Notes under the pieces: model-generated
Database searches by the model: none
Seen by the model: the letters and a program-made list of their open reading frames with translations, nothing else
Told to the model about the DNA's origin: nothing
Shown: positions 23,866 to 35,819 of the stretch, in pieces
Layout of the letters: every line of letters starts with the position of its first letter
Position numbering within the stretch: position 1 is the first letter of the stretch
Assembly: GCF_046119375.1 (NCBI RefSeq)
Contig: NW_027362762.1
Span: 254,944,001-255,008,000 of the forward strand
Direction of reading: 5' to 3'
Length of the DNA: 64,000 nucleotides
Source: Phyllobates terribilis
Taxonomy: Eukaryota
Position numbers and translations under genes: made by a program

Positions 23866-25425
23866 TGCGCACAAAAAAAAAACTACTTCTACTTACCTTT
23901 CTTCCCTGTGCTCCAGTGCTGCATCCCATTCTGCTGCCAGCACTGATCTCACCTTGTGAGCCGCGCATGATGCCCTCACAAGGTGATATGAGCTGCCTGA
24001 ATAGTCCTCCGGAGGCCGGGGTAGGAGTGTGGCACCAGAGTACGCGCATGCCCCTGCCGAGCTGTCCGGTGCCATTTTATTAAAGACACACTGCAAATGG
24101 GTCTTCACTAAAATGGCGCCGGATAGCGCGCTATGCGCATGCGCTGATTCCGACCCTGCACTCCTCCCCTGCTCTCCGGCCCGAATAGAGGAGCTGCGGC
24201 AACACTCCTCCTGGTCAGGTATGTACTTATGGTGCCGTAGATCGCGGTATGCGTTCAGTGCCTATGGATACCACTATCTCCGGCGCCATATACTCCTCTT
24301 ACCTGTAACGGCTGGGTGTGTTCTTCTGTCTGGAGCCAGACTGCACGGTGCATTGCGCTTGCACAGTCTATAGAGGCTTCGGACAGACAAACACATTCCT
24401 GACTATATTATAGATATATGTTTTACCATTTGGTAGAAAAAAAAACAATTGTGGAATTGCACTTTTTTTGCAATTTTACCGCACTTTGATTTTTTTTTCC
24501 CGTTTTCAAGTACACTATAAGGTAAAACCAAAGGTGTTGTTCAAAAGTACAACTCGTCCCACATTAAACAAACCCGAATACGGCTATATTGACAGAAAAA
24601 TAAAAAAGTTATGGCTCTGGGAAAAAGGGGAGCAAAAAACTAAAGCTCAAAAATGAAAAATGGCCATAGCGTGAAGGGGTTAATAAAGTTTGTTTTGATC
24701 ACCAAACATATTTAAAAAATGCTGTGAAAAACACCTTTGTAATTTATGCTGTTTTTTCACTTTTTCGTTATTTTCCTTGGGTGAAAAAAACACTGAAAGA
24801 ATTGACATGCTACATATGTAAAAAACGCTACAGTTCTCAAATTCAATCAGGAAAAAAAACAAGTTTGTTTATGAGATTTCTGAAATCTAACATGCTTTGC
24901 TTGTACTATAAAAGGCAACTTTTAATTTGCATAAAAAACAGCAAAAAAAACCCTGCTGCAAAAACACATTGAGAATGCTTCAAAAATAATAGCCTTTCAA
25001 GTCATCTAATATATAAAGCTGAATGTGTGTGTGTATGTATGTATGTATGTATGTGTGTATGTCTGGGATTGGCATCTGCACCGTCGCAGCTACAGCCACA
25101 AAATTTTGCACAGTCACACGTCTGGACCCCGAGAGCGTCATAGGCTATGTTGTGAGGTGAAATTTTAACCCCGCTCATTCCAATTCACCAAACAATTTCG
25201 CCCTTATCAGCACACACAAAACTCATCTCACAAAGATTTATCAGGCTGCCAATAGCAACCAATCACAGCTCAGCTTCTATTTTGCTACAGTTAATTAATC
25301 TGAGCTGTGATTGGTTATTATAGGCAACAAAGGACATTCTCAGTATAACAAAGCTTGTGTAAGGTAATAAGATGTCAGTTAGGGTGTGTTTGTGGAAAGG
25401 GTGATGTCAGTCACATTGCTTCTAT

Positions 25426-28400
25426 GTGAGAGGATATAGAAACTGCCAGTTACAGACTATTTTTACCACAATAATGTCTCATAAGAAAAGGAATTTCATG
25501 GCACGAATGTCAGCTGATGCGAAAAGAAAAGCTGCATTACGGGCCAATGAAAAATATGAAGACCGAGAAACAAAGCTGACACACATGAGAACAGCAGCTG
25601 CTTCCTTAAGAGCCAATGAACTTTCTGAGCAGAGGGAAGTGAGGCTTGCAGACATGAAAAGAAGAGCTGCTTCCTCAAGAGCCAATGAACTTTCTGAGGA
25701 CAGGGAAGCGAGGCTTTCAGACATGAAAACAAGAGCTGCTTCCTCAAGAGCCAATGAACTTTCTGAGGAGAGGGAAGCGAGGCTTGTGGACATGAAAACC
25801 AGAGCTGCTTCCTCAAGGGCCAATGAACTTTCTGAGCAGAGGGAAGCGAGGCTTGCAGACATGAAAACAAGAACTGCTTCCTCAAGAGCCAATGAACTTT
25901 CTGAGGAGAGGGAAGCGACGCTTGCAGATAAGAGAGGAAGAGATGCTACCTCAAGGGCCATTGAGTCATCTCAGCAGAGAGAAGGCCGATTTGCCACTAA
26001 GAGAATTGCTATTTCTTCCACCAGGGCACAGGAAATGGTTGGAGATTTGAAACATGCTGCCTTTTGTTACCAGTCAGACATAAACTATCAGGTTAATCCT
26101 AAAGTTCAGATAGGAAAAATGGATGTGGTCTGCATGTACTGCAGTGCCCTGAAATGGAAAGATGAACCGCCAGGTTTATGCTGTGCAAATCGCAAGATAA
26201 ACCTTCCACCTCTCCTGTCACCACTAGATCCTCTAAAGTCTCTGATGACAGGTACCAGTACAATAAAAAAGCATTTCTTGGACAACATTAGGAAGTACAA
26301 CTCCTGCTTCCAAATGACATCATTTGATGCAACAAAAGAAATGTTTACAACAGGATGCCGACATTTAAAGTTCAAGGACAGGTTTACCACTCAATTGGCT
26401 CACTGCTTCCATTACAAGGAGAAGAACCTCAATTTCTTTAACTCTTCTTTATGGGAAATGCAGAAGCAGAGGCTCAGCAGCACTTTTTTGCAGCACTTCC
26501 TTCACTCCAACAATCTATATGTTCAACTTTTCAAGACTGCACTTGAATGCATGTGAAATGATGATTACAAGGTTGTCATTCGAGCTGACAAAACACCACA
26601 AGGTGAACATCAGCGACATTCAAATGCTCCCACATTTGATGAGGTAGCCATCTTGATTGTAGGTAATGATTTTCAAATCCGTGACATTGTGCTTCAGAAA
26701 AGGAACAATAGTTTGCAACGAGTAGCAGAAACTCACAGGTCCTATGATACTCTGCAATATCCAAACATCTTTTGGCAGGGACAGGATGGCTATCACTTTG
26801 GAATACCTCAGACAGATCCTACAACAGGCAACCCTTCAGGAAAAAAAGTGTCTGCCATGGACTTCTATGCATATAGGATCATGACAAGATTTGCAGAGGA
26901 AAATCCCATTTTTAAATGCAAACACCTCTTCCACCAATTTATTGTTGACTTGTATGCAAAGATTGAGAGTGAATGTCTTTTATATATCCGACTAAATCAA
27001 AAGAAGCTCAGGGCAGAGGAATATATTCACCTTAGAGATGCTTTTGCAAATGATGCTGAGCCAAAAGAGTTGGGGAAAATGGTTATTCTTCCATCAACTG
27101 TCACTGGAAGCCCACGACACATGCATGAATACACACAGGATGCAATGGCTTATGTGAGAAAGTATAGCCGCCCAGATCTTTTCATCACCTTTACTTGCAA
27201 TCCTGCCTGAGAGGAAATTGGAGGGCACCTGTTGCCGGGCCAAAAAAAAAGGGAATCGACATGACCTTATTGCTCGGGTTTTCAAGCAGAAACTTTCAAA
27301 AATGACTAATCTCATCACAAAAACACATATTTATGGTGAGACGCAGTGCTGGATGTATTCAGTTGAATGGCAAAAAAGAGGCCTTCCTCACGCCCACATC
27401 TTGATGTGGCTGAAGCAACAAATACAGCCTACCGAAATTGACAATATCATCAGTGCCGAATTGCCAGACCCTCAGATTGACCCATTGCTGTTTGACACCA
27501 TCACAAAAAACATGATCCATGGTCCGTGAGGGAGTCTGAGCAAAAATTTTCCCTGTATGATTGATGGCAGGTGTTCAAATCATTACCCACGATCCCTGGT
27601 CCAAGAAACCCAAACAGGACAAGATGGATATCCAGTCTACCGAAGAAGAAAGCCAGGGGATGGTGGTTTCATATCAAAGCTCAAAATGCATGTTGGATCA
27701 TCACTCCAAGAGATAGAAATTGACAACAGGTGGGTAGTGCGTTACAACCCTTTGCTCTCAAAAATCTTCCAGGCCCACATAAATGTCGAATCTTGCCACT
27801 CTGTGAAATCAATCAAGTATATCTGCAAATATGTCCACAAAGGAAGTGATCAAGTAGTTTTTGAACTCCAGAAAAATGGACCTATTTTATTGATGAAGTG
27901 GAGGCATTCCAGATGGGCAGGTACATAAGCAGCAATGAAGCTGTTTGGAGAATACTAGGATTCTCATTCATGAGCGCTACCCACCAGTTGTGCATCTGAG
28001 TGTGCACTTTGATAATGGACAAAGAATTTACTTTAACCCAGCAAACGTGCAGAAGCAGCTCCTAACACCACCTAAGACGACCCTCTTGGCATTTTTTGAG
28101 CTGTGTAAACCAGACCCTTTTGCAAAAACAATTCTCTACTGTGATTTACCAAAGTACTACACTTGGAATGCCTCCAGAAAAACACTGGAACGGAGGAAAC
28201 TGGGGCTTGATATTGAAGGCTATCCAGGGGTGAAAGCAACTGATACTCTTGGTCGCATCTACACTGTTCATCCGTCAAATGCAGAGTGCTTCTACCTGCA
28301 CATGTTACTTCATGTTGTCAAAGGCCCTACATCATTTTCTGACCTGAAGACCGTCGGAGGCCATGTGTGTGAAACATTCAGGGAAGCTTGCCAAATAAAA

Positions 28401-28820
28401 GGTCTTTTGGAAAATGATGGACACTGGGACATGACCCTCAGTGAAGCAGCAGCCACACAAACCCCAAAGCGACTAAGACACCTCTTTGCTATTATTCTAA
28501 CAAGCCGTAGCATTTCAAATCCTCTTGAGATTTGGACAAAGTACAAAACTGATCTCAGTGAGGACATCCTCATGCAGATTAGAAGGGAAAATCCTCAGCA
28601 ACTCATCAACTTCACTGAGGAAATGTTCAATGAAACTTTAATGCTCCTTGAAGATCAATGCATAGCAATGTCAGGAAAAGCCTTACAGTTGCTTGGTTTG
28701 CCTGCTCCTATAAGAAATCCTGAAGGCATCCAAATGGGTATGGAGATTTTCCTAGAAACAAACTACAATATTGATGAACTGACAGCATTTGTGTCTCAGA
28801 ACGAGTCAATATTGGTACCA
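25426..28820 (+). pseudogene. Helitron RepHel, N-terminal and Rep (HUH) part
   Basis: VVCMYC...PGLCC Zn-like motif; NIRKYNSCFQMTSF; Rep motifs FITFTCNP, VEWQKRGLPHAHIL (HUH), KYICKYVHKG (Y2); several stops and frameshifts. Confidence 0.95.
25545..26030 (+). repeat. Coding 69-bp (23-aa) repeats, ~7 units, STPR-like
   Basis: GCCAATGAACTTTCTGAG at 25612, 25681, 25750, 25819, 25888; peptide RANELSEQREARLADMKTRAASS. Confidence 0.9.
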
Positions 28821-31800
28821 CTTAAAATATCCTGCGCTGGTAACGTTTAGGCCGTATAGAAGAAGGGGGAGGGTTTTTTAAGGACCAGATATGAACAGTA
28901 GGAGAGGATGATAAAAATGTGTTTATTTTTATTTAGGATAATAATCTCACATAAAATTGACGTTAAATAACATAGACACTTAAAATATTAAAATAATTTA
29001 ATAGGGGTTGATGGTGGGTATTTTGTTGTAGAGGCTCTGTGTATATTCTTGTACTAGTGGCCTTGTGGGTTTCCAGGCCAGTTTTAGAGGGGTTGTAGTC
29101 CGGATGGTACCTTGGTGTAAAAAAGGCAGGGGGGGGGAGAGGGGGAAAGGAGGGGTTAATGACTAGATAGTGACCAGTATGATTGGAATGGCTAATCTCC
29201 CTAGTGGAAGAGGTGATTTACCTGTTGTCGGTCAGATAGGATATCCAAGTGTGGATGGCTGGTACTTTGGGCGATGATCGTTGCTGGTTAAGGCAGCGGG
29301 GTTAGGAGTAGCCGCTAGTGGATATAGAGTATTGTTAGTTAAACCGATAACACAGTAGAGAGGGTCAAAATGGACCATAAGAAGAAGTGCAGTATGTACC
29401 AGTGAAGAAGGAGGACTCTGTGTGGGTGACAGGGCTGCACTTGATGGTGTCTGCCATCTTGATGGTTGTCCGGTTCCGGGCAATGGATGGCTGTTGTGAA
29501 TCGCAGTGCCTGAGGCTACTTGCTGCTGTTGCCGAATAGTATATAGGTGTGTACGTGTATGGGGTCTGTGGGGCACAGCTAAGAAAATACGTATTTACCT
29601 GTAGGAGGTGCTGTGTAGGTCCCAGGTTAGCTGTGCTGGTAACTGGGCTCTTGATTGATGCTGTCCTATGCTGGGTGATGGACCGCTGTTTATATATCAA
29701 GAGGCTTTAAAGGGTGCTATGGAATTAAATGTCAGTCAAAAAAGGCAAATATGGATCCGAATTGGTAGGGGGAGGGCATGCACAATACAGATAAGAAAAT
29801 TAGGGTTACCTGTTAGGTAAGAGCACTGAGAGTCTGCTGGTTCCTTGGACACACTGGTAGTGTGGATAGCAGTGGGGAACCAGTGTATGTGCTCTAGGTA
29901 AATACACTGAGGATCTATTTGTTCCTCTTGGACACTTTCGTGTTGATCATGGGAGATGTGCAGTCTGGTGTGTGTGCAAGAAGGTGCACACGATGGTACA
30001 GTCTTGGATATTAGATGTCACCGTGGGAGCGGAGCTCCATACTTACAGTTGGTTGTCTGTCAGGACTGACAGGAGTTCGTTAGCGTCTAGCTATAGGTGC
30101 TCCCCAAGTCTCGGTTGGCAGTGGGGGAGAGAGTGGGGGAGCGGTAGGGTATAGAGGTGAGTCGCGAAGGGAGTGTGACAGGGTCCCGGCCGGAGACCAG
30201 CTGTTCTCCCTTGCGCTAAGCGTCTTTGGTCCCTGTCAGCCACCGTACCGGTACGGGTCACGTGCGCGCTGTCACGTGCACTGACGTCACGCAGGTCCTA
30301 CTGCATTGACCCAAGGCGCCAATCCAAGGTCCTTTCCGCCCTCCACAGACCGTCGACGGAGGGCGATTAGCGCAAGGGGGAACAGCTGGTCTCCGGCCGG
30401 GACCCTGTCACACTCCCTGCGCGACTCACCTCTATACCCTACCGCTCCCCCACTCTCTTCCCCACTGCCAACCGAGACTTGGGGAGCACCTATAGCTAGA
30501 TGCTAACGAACTCCTGTCAGTCCTGACAGACAACCAACTGTAAGTACGGAGCTCCGCTCCCACGGTGACATCTAATATCCAAGACTGTACCATCGTGTGC
30601 ACCTTCTTGCACACACACCAGACTGCACATCTCCAATGATCAATACGAAAGTGTCCAAGAGGAACAAATAGATCCTCAGTGTATTTACCTAGAGCACATA
30701 CACCGCTTCCCCACTGCTATCCACACTACTAGTGTGTCCAAGGAACCAGCAGACTCTCAGTGCTCTTACCTAACAGGTAACCCTAATTTTCTTATCTGTA
30801 TTGTGCATGCCCTCCCCCTACCAATTCGGATCCATATTTGCCTTTTTTGACTTACATTTAGTTCCATAGCACCCTTTAAAGCCTCTTGATATATAAACAG
30901 CGGTCCATCACCCAGCATAGGACAGCATCAATCAAGAGCCCAGTTACCAGCACAGCTACCCTGGGACCTACACAGCACCTCCTACAGAAAAATACGTATT
31001 TTCTTAGCTGTGCCCCACAGACCCCATACACGTACACACCTATATACTATTCGCCAACAGCAGCAAGTAGCCTCAGGCACTGCGATTCACAACAGCCGTC
31101 CATTGCCCGGAACCGGACAACCATCAAGACGGCAGACACCATCAAGTGCAGCCCTGTCACCCACACAGAGTCCTCCTTCTTCACGGGTAAATACTGCACT
31201 TCTTCTTATGGTCCATTTTGACCCTCTCTACTGTGTTATAGATTTAACTAACAATACTCTAGATCCACTAGCGGCTACTCCTAACCCTGCTGCCTTAACC
31301 AGCAACGATCATCACCCAAAGTACCAGCCATCCACACTTGGATATCCTATCTGACCGACAACAGGTAAATCACCTCTTCCACTAGGGAGATTAGCCATTC
31401 CAATCATACTGGTCACTATCTTGTCATTAACCCCTCCTTTCCCCCTCCACCCCCCCCCCCCCCCGCCTTTTTTACACCCAGGTACCATCCAGACTACAAC
31501 CCCTCTAAAACTGGCCTGGAAACCCACAAGGCCACTAGTACAAGAATATACACAGAGCCTCTACAACAAAATACCCACCATCAGCCCCTATTTTATTACT
31601 TTAATATTTTAAGTGTCTATGTTATTTAACGTCAATTTTATGTGAGATTATTATCCTAAATAAAAATAAACACATTTTTATCATCCTCTCCTACTGTTCA
31701 TATCTTGTCCCTAAAAAACCCTCCCCCTTCTTCTATACGGCATAAACGTTACCAGCGCAGGATATTTTAAGTACTTTCATTTTAACAATTGGACTCTTCC

Positions 31801-31888
31801 AATATTGTCAACCTGTGGTTGGTTGTCTATCCCTTGCAGCAGGTAATATCCAGGCCTACCTACCAAGCGCCTACACACAATTTTATTT
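28821..31888. mobile_element. Unclassified 3.07-kb palindromic insertion with 16-bp TSD
   Basis: GTCAATATTGGTACCA at 28805-28820 and 31889-31904; arms ~28820-30220 and ~30367-31772 are inverted copies; 116-bp unpaired tail 31773-31888; the Helitron frame rejoins as NESILVP|DQR when the insert is removed. Confidence 0.88.
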
Positions 31889-32937
31889 GTCAATATTGGT
31901 ACCAGATCAAAGGGACGACCATGAATACATTTTAAGTTTCAGTGAAACCAACAAAGGTGGGATTGTCTTCCTTGATGCTCCAGGTGGAACAGGAAAGACA
32001 TTGGTAATCAACTTGCTCTTGGCAAAATTTCGACCACAAAAAAAGATTGCACTTGCAGTGGCATCTTCTGGAATTGCAGCTACGCTTTTAAAAGATGGCA
32101 GTACAGCACATTTTACATTCAAACTACCACTTAACCTGTCTCATAATGACAGCCCCACAATGTGATATTGCCAAGGGATCAGGACTGGCCAAATTGCTTC
32201 AAAAATGCAGTGACATCATTTGGGATGAATGCACCATGTCACACAAAAGGGCTCTGGAAGCAGTGGACAGACTACTGCAAAACCTGCGTAGCAACAAATA
32301 TATCATGGGTGGAGTAGTTGTTGCTTTGGAAGGTGACTTCCGCCAAACACTACCTGTTAATCCAATATCAACCCCTGCAGATGAACTGAATGCCTGTCTC
32401 AAAGCATCGTACCTTTGGAGAAAAGTAAAGAAAACATCACTGAACACAAACATGAGGGTCTACATGAAAGGCGATGTTTCTGCTGGACTGTTTTCGAGCC
32501 AGCTGTTGACTATTGGAGATGGCAAGGAACCAGTAAACTTAACCATTGGACAGATCACCTTCCCAAGCAACTTTTGTTGCATTGTGACTTCCATTGAGGA
32601 GTTGAAAGCAAAGGTTTTTCCAAACATTCAACTCCACTTCTAAAATTCCGTCTGGCTGTGTGAAAGGGCTATTCTAGCTCCCAAAAATGACATTGTCAAC
32701 AAGATCAAGCTTCAAATTCTAAATCTGCTTCCAGGTGTGTGCACAAGCTACAAGTCAGTGGATACAGTAATAGACCCTGCTCAAGCATTATTTTATCCAA
32801 CTGAGTTCCTCAATTCCTTGGAGCCACAAGGACTTCCTCCTAACAACCTCTTTCTAAAACCTGGAGCACCTATTCTGCTATTGAGAAATTTGAATCCACC
32901 AAAGCTGTGTAATGGAACAAGAGTCTTGTTTAAGAAC
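31889..32937 (+). pseudogene. Helitron RepHel, PIF1-like SF1 helicase part
   Basis: FLDAPGGTGKT (motif I), AVASSGIAATLL, IIWDECTM (II), GDFRQTLPV (III), PILLLRNLNPPKLCNGTR. Confidence 0.95.
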
Positions 32938-33693
32938 TAGTGTTGAGCGACCACTAAAATGCTTGTGTGCTCGAAGCTCGGGCCGATCTCACCGTGATAC
33001 TCGGGTGCTCGACCCGAGCAATGAGCCCAATGTTAGTCTATGGGAGACCCGAGCATTTTTGCGGCTGCACCCCCGGCAGTCTGAAGAAAGCCTAAAAAGT
33101 GCCCAAAACGATAGTGACAGTGTTCAAATGACATGGGGACAGCATGGGGATCGCCCCAGGAAGCATTTCTCACCCCGAGGTCACTGCTTTCAACAACGTG
33201 GTCAGAGGTATTAAGCCACGTTTACGGGCTCACAATAAAACGTTCAAAAACGAAACTGAAACTGTTTTCCTGTGAAATATGTTAAGGAACTTTCTTTTCA
33301 GGGTAAAGACTTGTGTATAAGGTAAAATAAATAACCAAAAACAAAAATACTCCTCCACACCTTGGGCTATGTTCACAAGTAGCATTTTTTATGCGTTTTT
33401 GCACTTTTGTATTGCTTTCAACCGTGACAAATGCATTCACCGGGAAATGTCATTTTAACATTTTACAATCTTATCTGGCCATGTGCTGTGTGACACATGC
33501 ATACAGTGCTGAAAAGAAATGGGAACAGCATGGGGAAGACCCCTGGAAGCACCTCTGACACACAGATCACTGCCTAAAAGTGTGCCCATCAGAAGTGTTC
33601 CTTGCCGCATCAGAAGAAGCAGACTTGCAACTATCCCCGTGCAAGTCCTTGTTCCAGGGCAGTGTTCAATTGTACCTCTCCTATTCCTTACAA

Positions 33694-34960
33694 TGCAAGC
33701 GCAGGTATGCAGCCTGCCACCCACCCACCCCCAGGCTGCAGTACCATACTGCTAGCTTGCTTGCACTTGAAATTGGGCCTTTTAGGCATGTGGAGGCAGA
33801 CCCCAGTGACCAGGTCATGGCTGTGTCGGCGGCCTGGTATCCATACTCAGACCCCAGCCACCCGGCAGCCGGGTGTCCATGCTCGGTCCCCAGCCGCCAG
33901 GGGGCGGCCGGGTGTCCATACTTGGTCCCCAGCTGTCCCGCGGTCGGGTGCCCACACGGTCCCCAGCCGCCTGGGGGCGGCCGGGTGTCCATAAACGGTC
34001 CCCAGCAACCCCTATTTCTCCTGTGAACTTCCCTCACACTTTTCTTAGCCTGGCCTGCTTTAGGGCAGCATTGGACGAGCCCACCAGAGAACCAGACTCC
34101 TCCGGTGGGCCCTGGCTTCTCCATCAGGGGAGTTGAGAGTGCCAAGGTGAGGATCATGATGATGATGATAGAAGTTAGCATCTGCTTTGTTTTCTTGAAA
34201 TGCAAGCGTAAGTATGCAACCTGCCATGCACCCACCCCCAGGCTGCAATACCATACTGCTAGCTTGCTTGCACTTTAAATTCTGCCTTTTAGGCATGTGG
34301 AGGCAGACGCCAGCCACCATGTCATGGCTCCGTCGGCAGCCTGGTATCCATACTCAGTCCCCAGCTGCCCGGCGGCCAGGTGTCCACGCTCGGTCCCCAG
34401 CCGTCAGGGGGTGGCCAGGTGTCCATACTCGGTCCTCAGCCGCCCCGTGGCCAGGTGCACACACACAGTCCCCAGCCGTCTGGGGGTGGCCGGGTGTCCA
34501 TAAACGGGCCCCAGCCACCCCTATTTCTACTGGGAACTTCCCCTACACTTTTCTTAGCCTGGCCTGCTTTAGGCCAGCATTGGACGAGCCCACCAGAGAA
34601 CCAGACTCCTCCAGTGGGCCCTGGTTCTCCATCAGGGTAGTTGAGAGTGCCAAGGTGAGAAGCATAATGATGATGATAGAAGTTAGCATCTACTTTGTTT
34701 TCTTGGAATGCAAGCGTAAGTGTGCAACCTGCCACCCACCCACCCCCATGCTGCAATACCATACTGCTAGCTTGCTTGCACTTGAAATTGGGCCTTTTAG
34801 GCATGTGGAGGCAGACGCCGGCCACCATGTCATGGCTGCTTCGGCGGCCTGGTGTCCATACTCGGTCCCCAGCCGCCCCACGGCCGGGTGCCCACACACG
34901 GTCCCCAGCCACCTGGGGATGGCCGGGTGTCCATAAACTGTCCCCAGCAGCCCCTATTTG
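33694..34960 (+). repeat. ~2.5 x 507-508-bp tandem units derived from hAT transposase coding sequence, with internal GC-rich ~38-bp subrepeats
   Basis: TGCAAGCG at 33694, 34201, 34709; translates KRRYAACHP..LLALEIGPFRHVE..YSVPSR, matching transposase LLALEMLPFRLVE..RYSVPSR. Confidence 0.85.
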
Positions 34961-35819
34961 AAGGACAGCCTAACCACAAACACTTGGAAAAGTGAATGTG
35001 GCCAGTGATGGTCCATCTGACTGACGCCTTCACACTGGGTTAATATTGTGGAAGCCGGGACACAGTTGGACACTGGGTTGCAACACGTCCTCCAGACATA
35101 GAGGATTGCGGGTCCTGGGTCAATCAGGTTTCAACACAAAGTTCAGAAGGTAGACAGCAGCAGTGGTCAGCCTCCTACACAACGAGTAAATTATTCATGA
35201 TCATGAGGCCATCCATCTCCTTAGCTTTCTGTTCCTTGGAATGCAAGCGCATGTATGTAGCAGTGGCTAGGCCTGAGGTGGTCAGCGTTTTGGCACATAT
35301 CCTACCTCCTTTGAGGATTGCTGGATGTTTTCCTGCTACTATCCTAGTTCTATGACTCCCATTTAAACAAAGCTTCAGGTGATGAATGTCGGATGAGGTG
35401 GTGGCAAAGGAGAAAGAGCAGGAGGAACAGGGACCATTTACATGAATATCAGGCCAGTCAATTACACATGTCTTGTAGGATATGTTTCTGTACCAAAAGG
35501 AGCGGTTCGGTTACACAGTTATAGGGCATACAGTGAGTGCAATGCCTACCAAAAATTTCGAGGCACTCCAATGCACCTTGGAAGTGACATGAAGGTCAGA
35601 GGGCCTTAACTAAACCATTTTTTCCATTTATAGCAATTGGGTCTCCTGTACACTGTTGGCCTAAGCAGTGAATGGAAGGCTTTCCAAAAAATATGAGGAA
35701 CTGCAATGCCCCTTGAAACAGACGTGGATTACAGCATACCATAAACCTTCTACCCATTATTGGGGAGTGGGTCTCCCTTAGTGTTTGCCTAAGCATTGAA
35801 ATGCAAAATCTGACTAAAA

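Larger units (their letters stand above)
20930..24414 (-). mobile_element. Non-autonomous Helitron H3, interrupted by a Tc1-family element and lacking its own 3' end
   Basis: 5' end A|TCTATAATATAG at 24414 (minus); core 23880-24414 homologous to H1 8583-9060; minisatellite continues on both sides of the insertion at 20989-22557. Confidence 0.8.
19128..24679. mobile_element. TTAA-flanked piggyBac-like non-autonomous element hosting nested insertions
   Basis: TTAA|CCCCTTCACG at 19124-19137 and CGTGAAGGGG|TTAA at 24670-24683 (10-bp perfect TIR, TTAA TSD); no transposase ORF. Confidence 0.75.
25005..32937 (+). mobile_element. Autonomous-type Helitron (decayed); 3' part displaced by insertion of hAT-C
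   Basis: A|TCTAATATATAAAG 5' end followed by TG/TATG microsatellite; RepHel coding remnants run until the hAT TIR at 32938. Confidence 0.92.

Noticed and set aside
29232-31354. Mirror-image 111-114-aa ORFs in the palindrome arms as real genes
   Set aside because: They are duplicated only because the arms are inverted copies; low-complexity S/T/P/Q composition and no recognisable domain.
28821-31888. Hammerhead ribozyme in the palindrome (expected for many Penelope pLTRs and retrozymes)
   Set aside because: The only CTGANGA seen (CTGAGGA, ~29907) is not followed by a stem and GAAA; an Infernal scan is still advisable.
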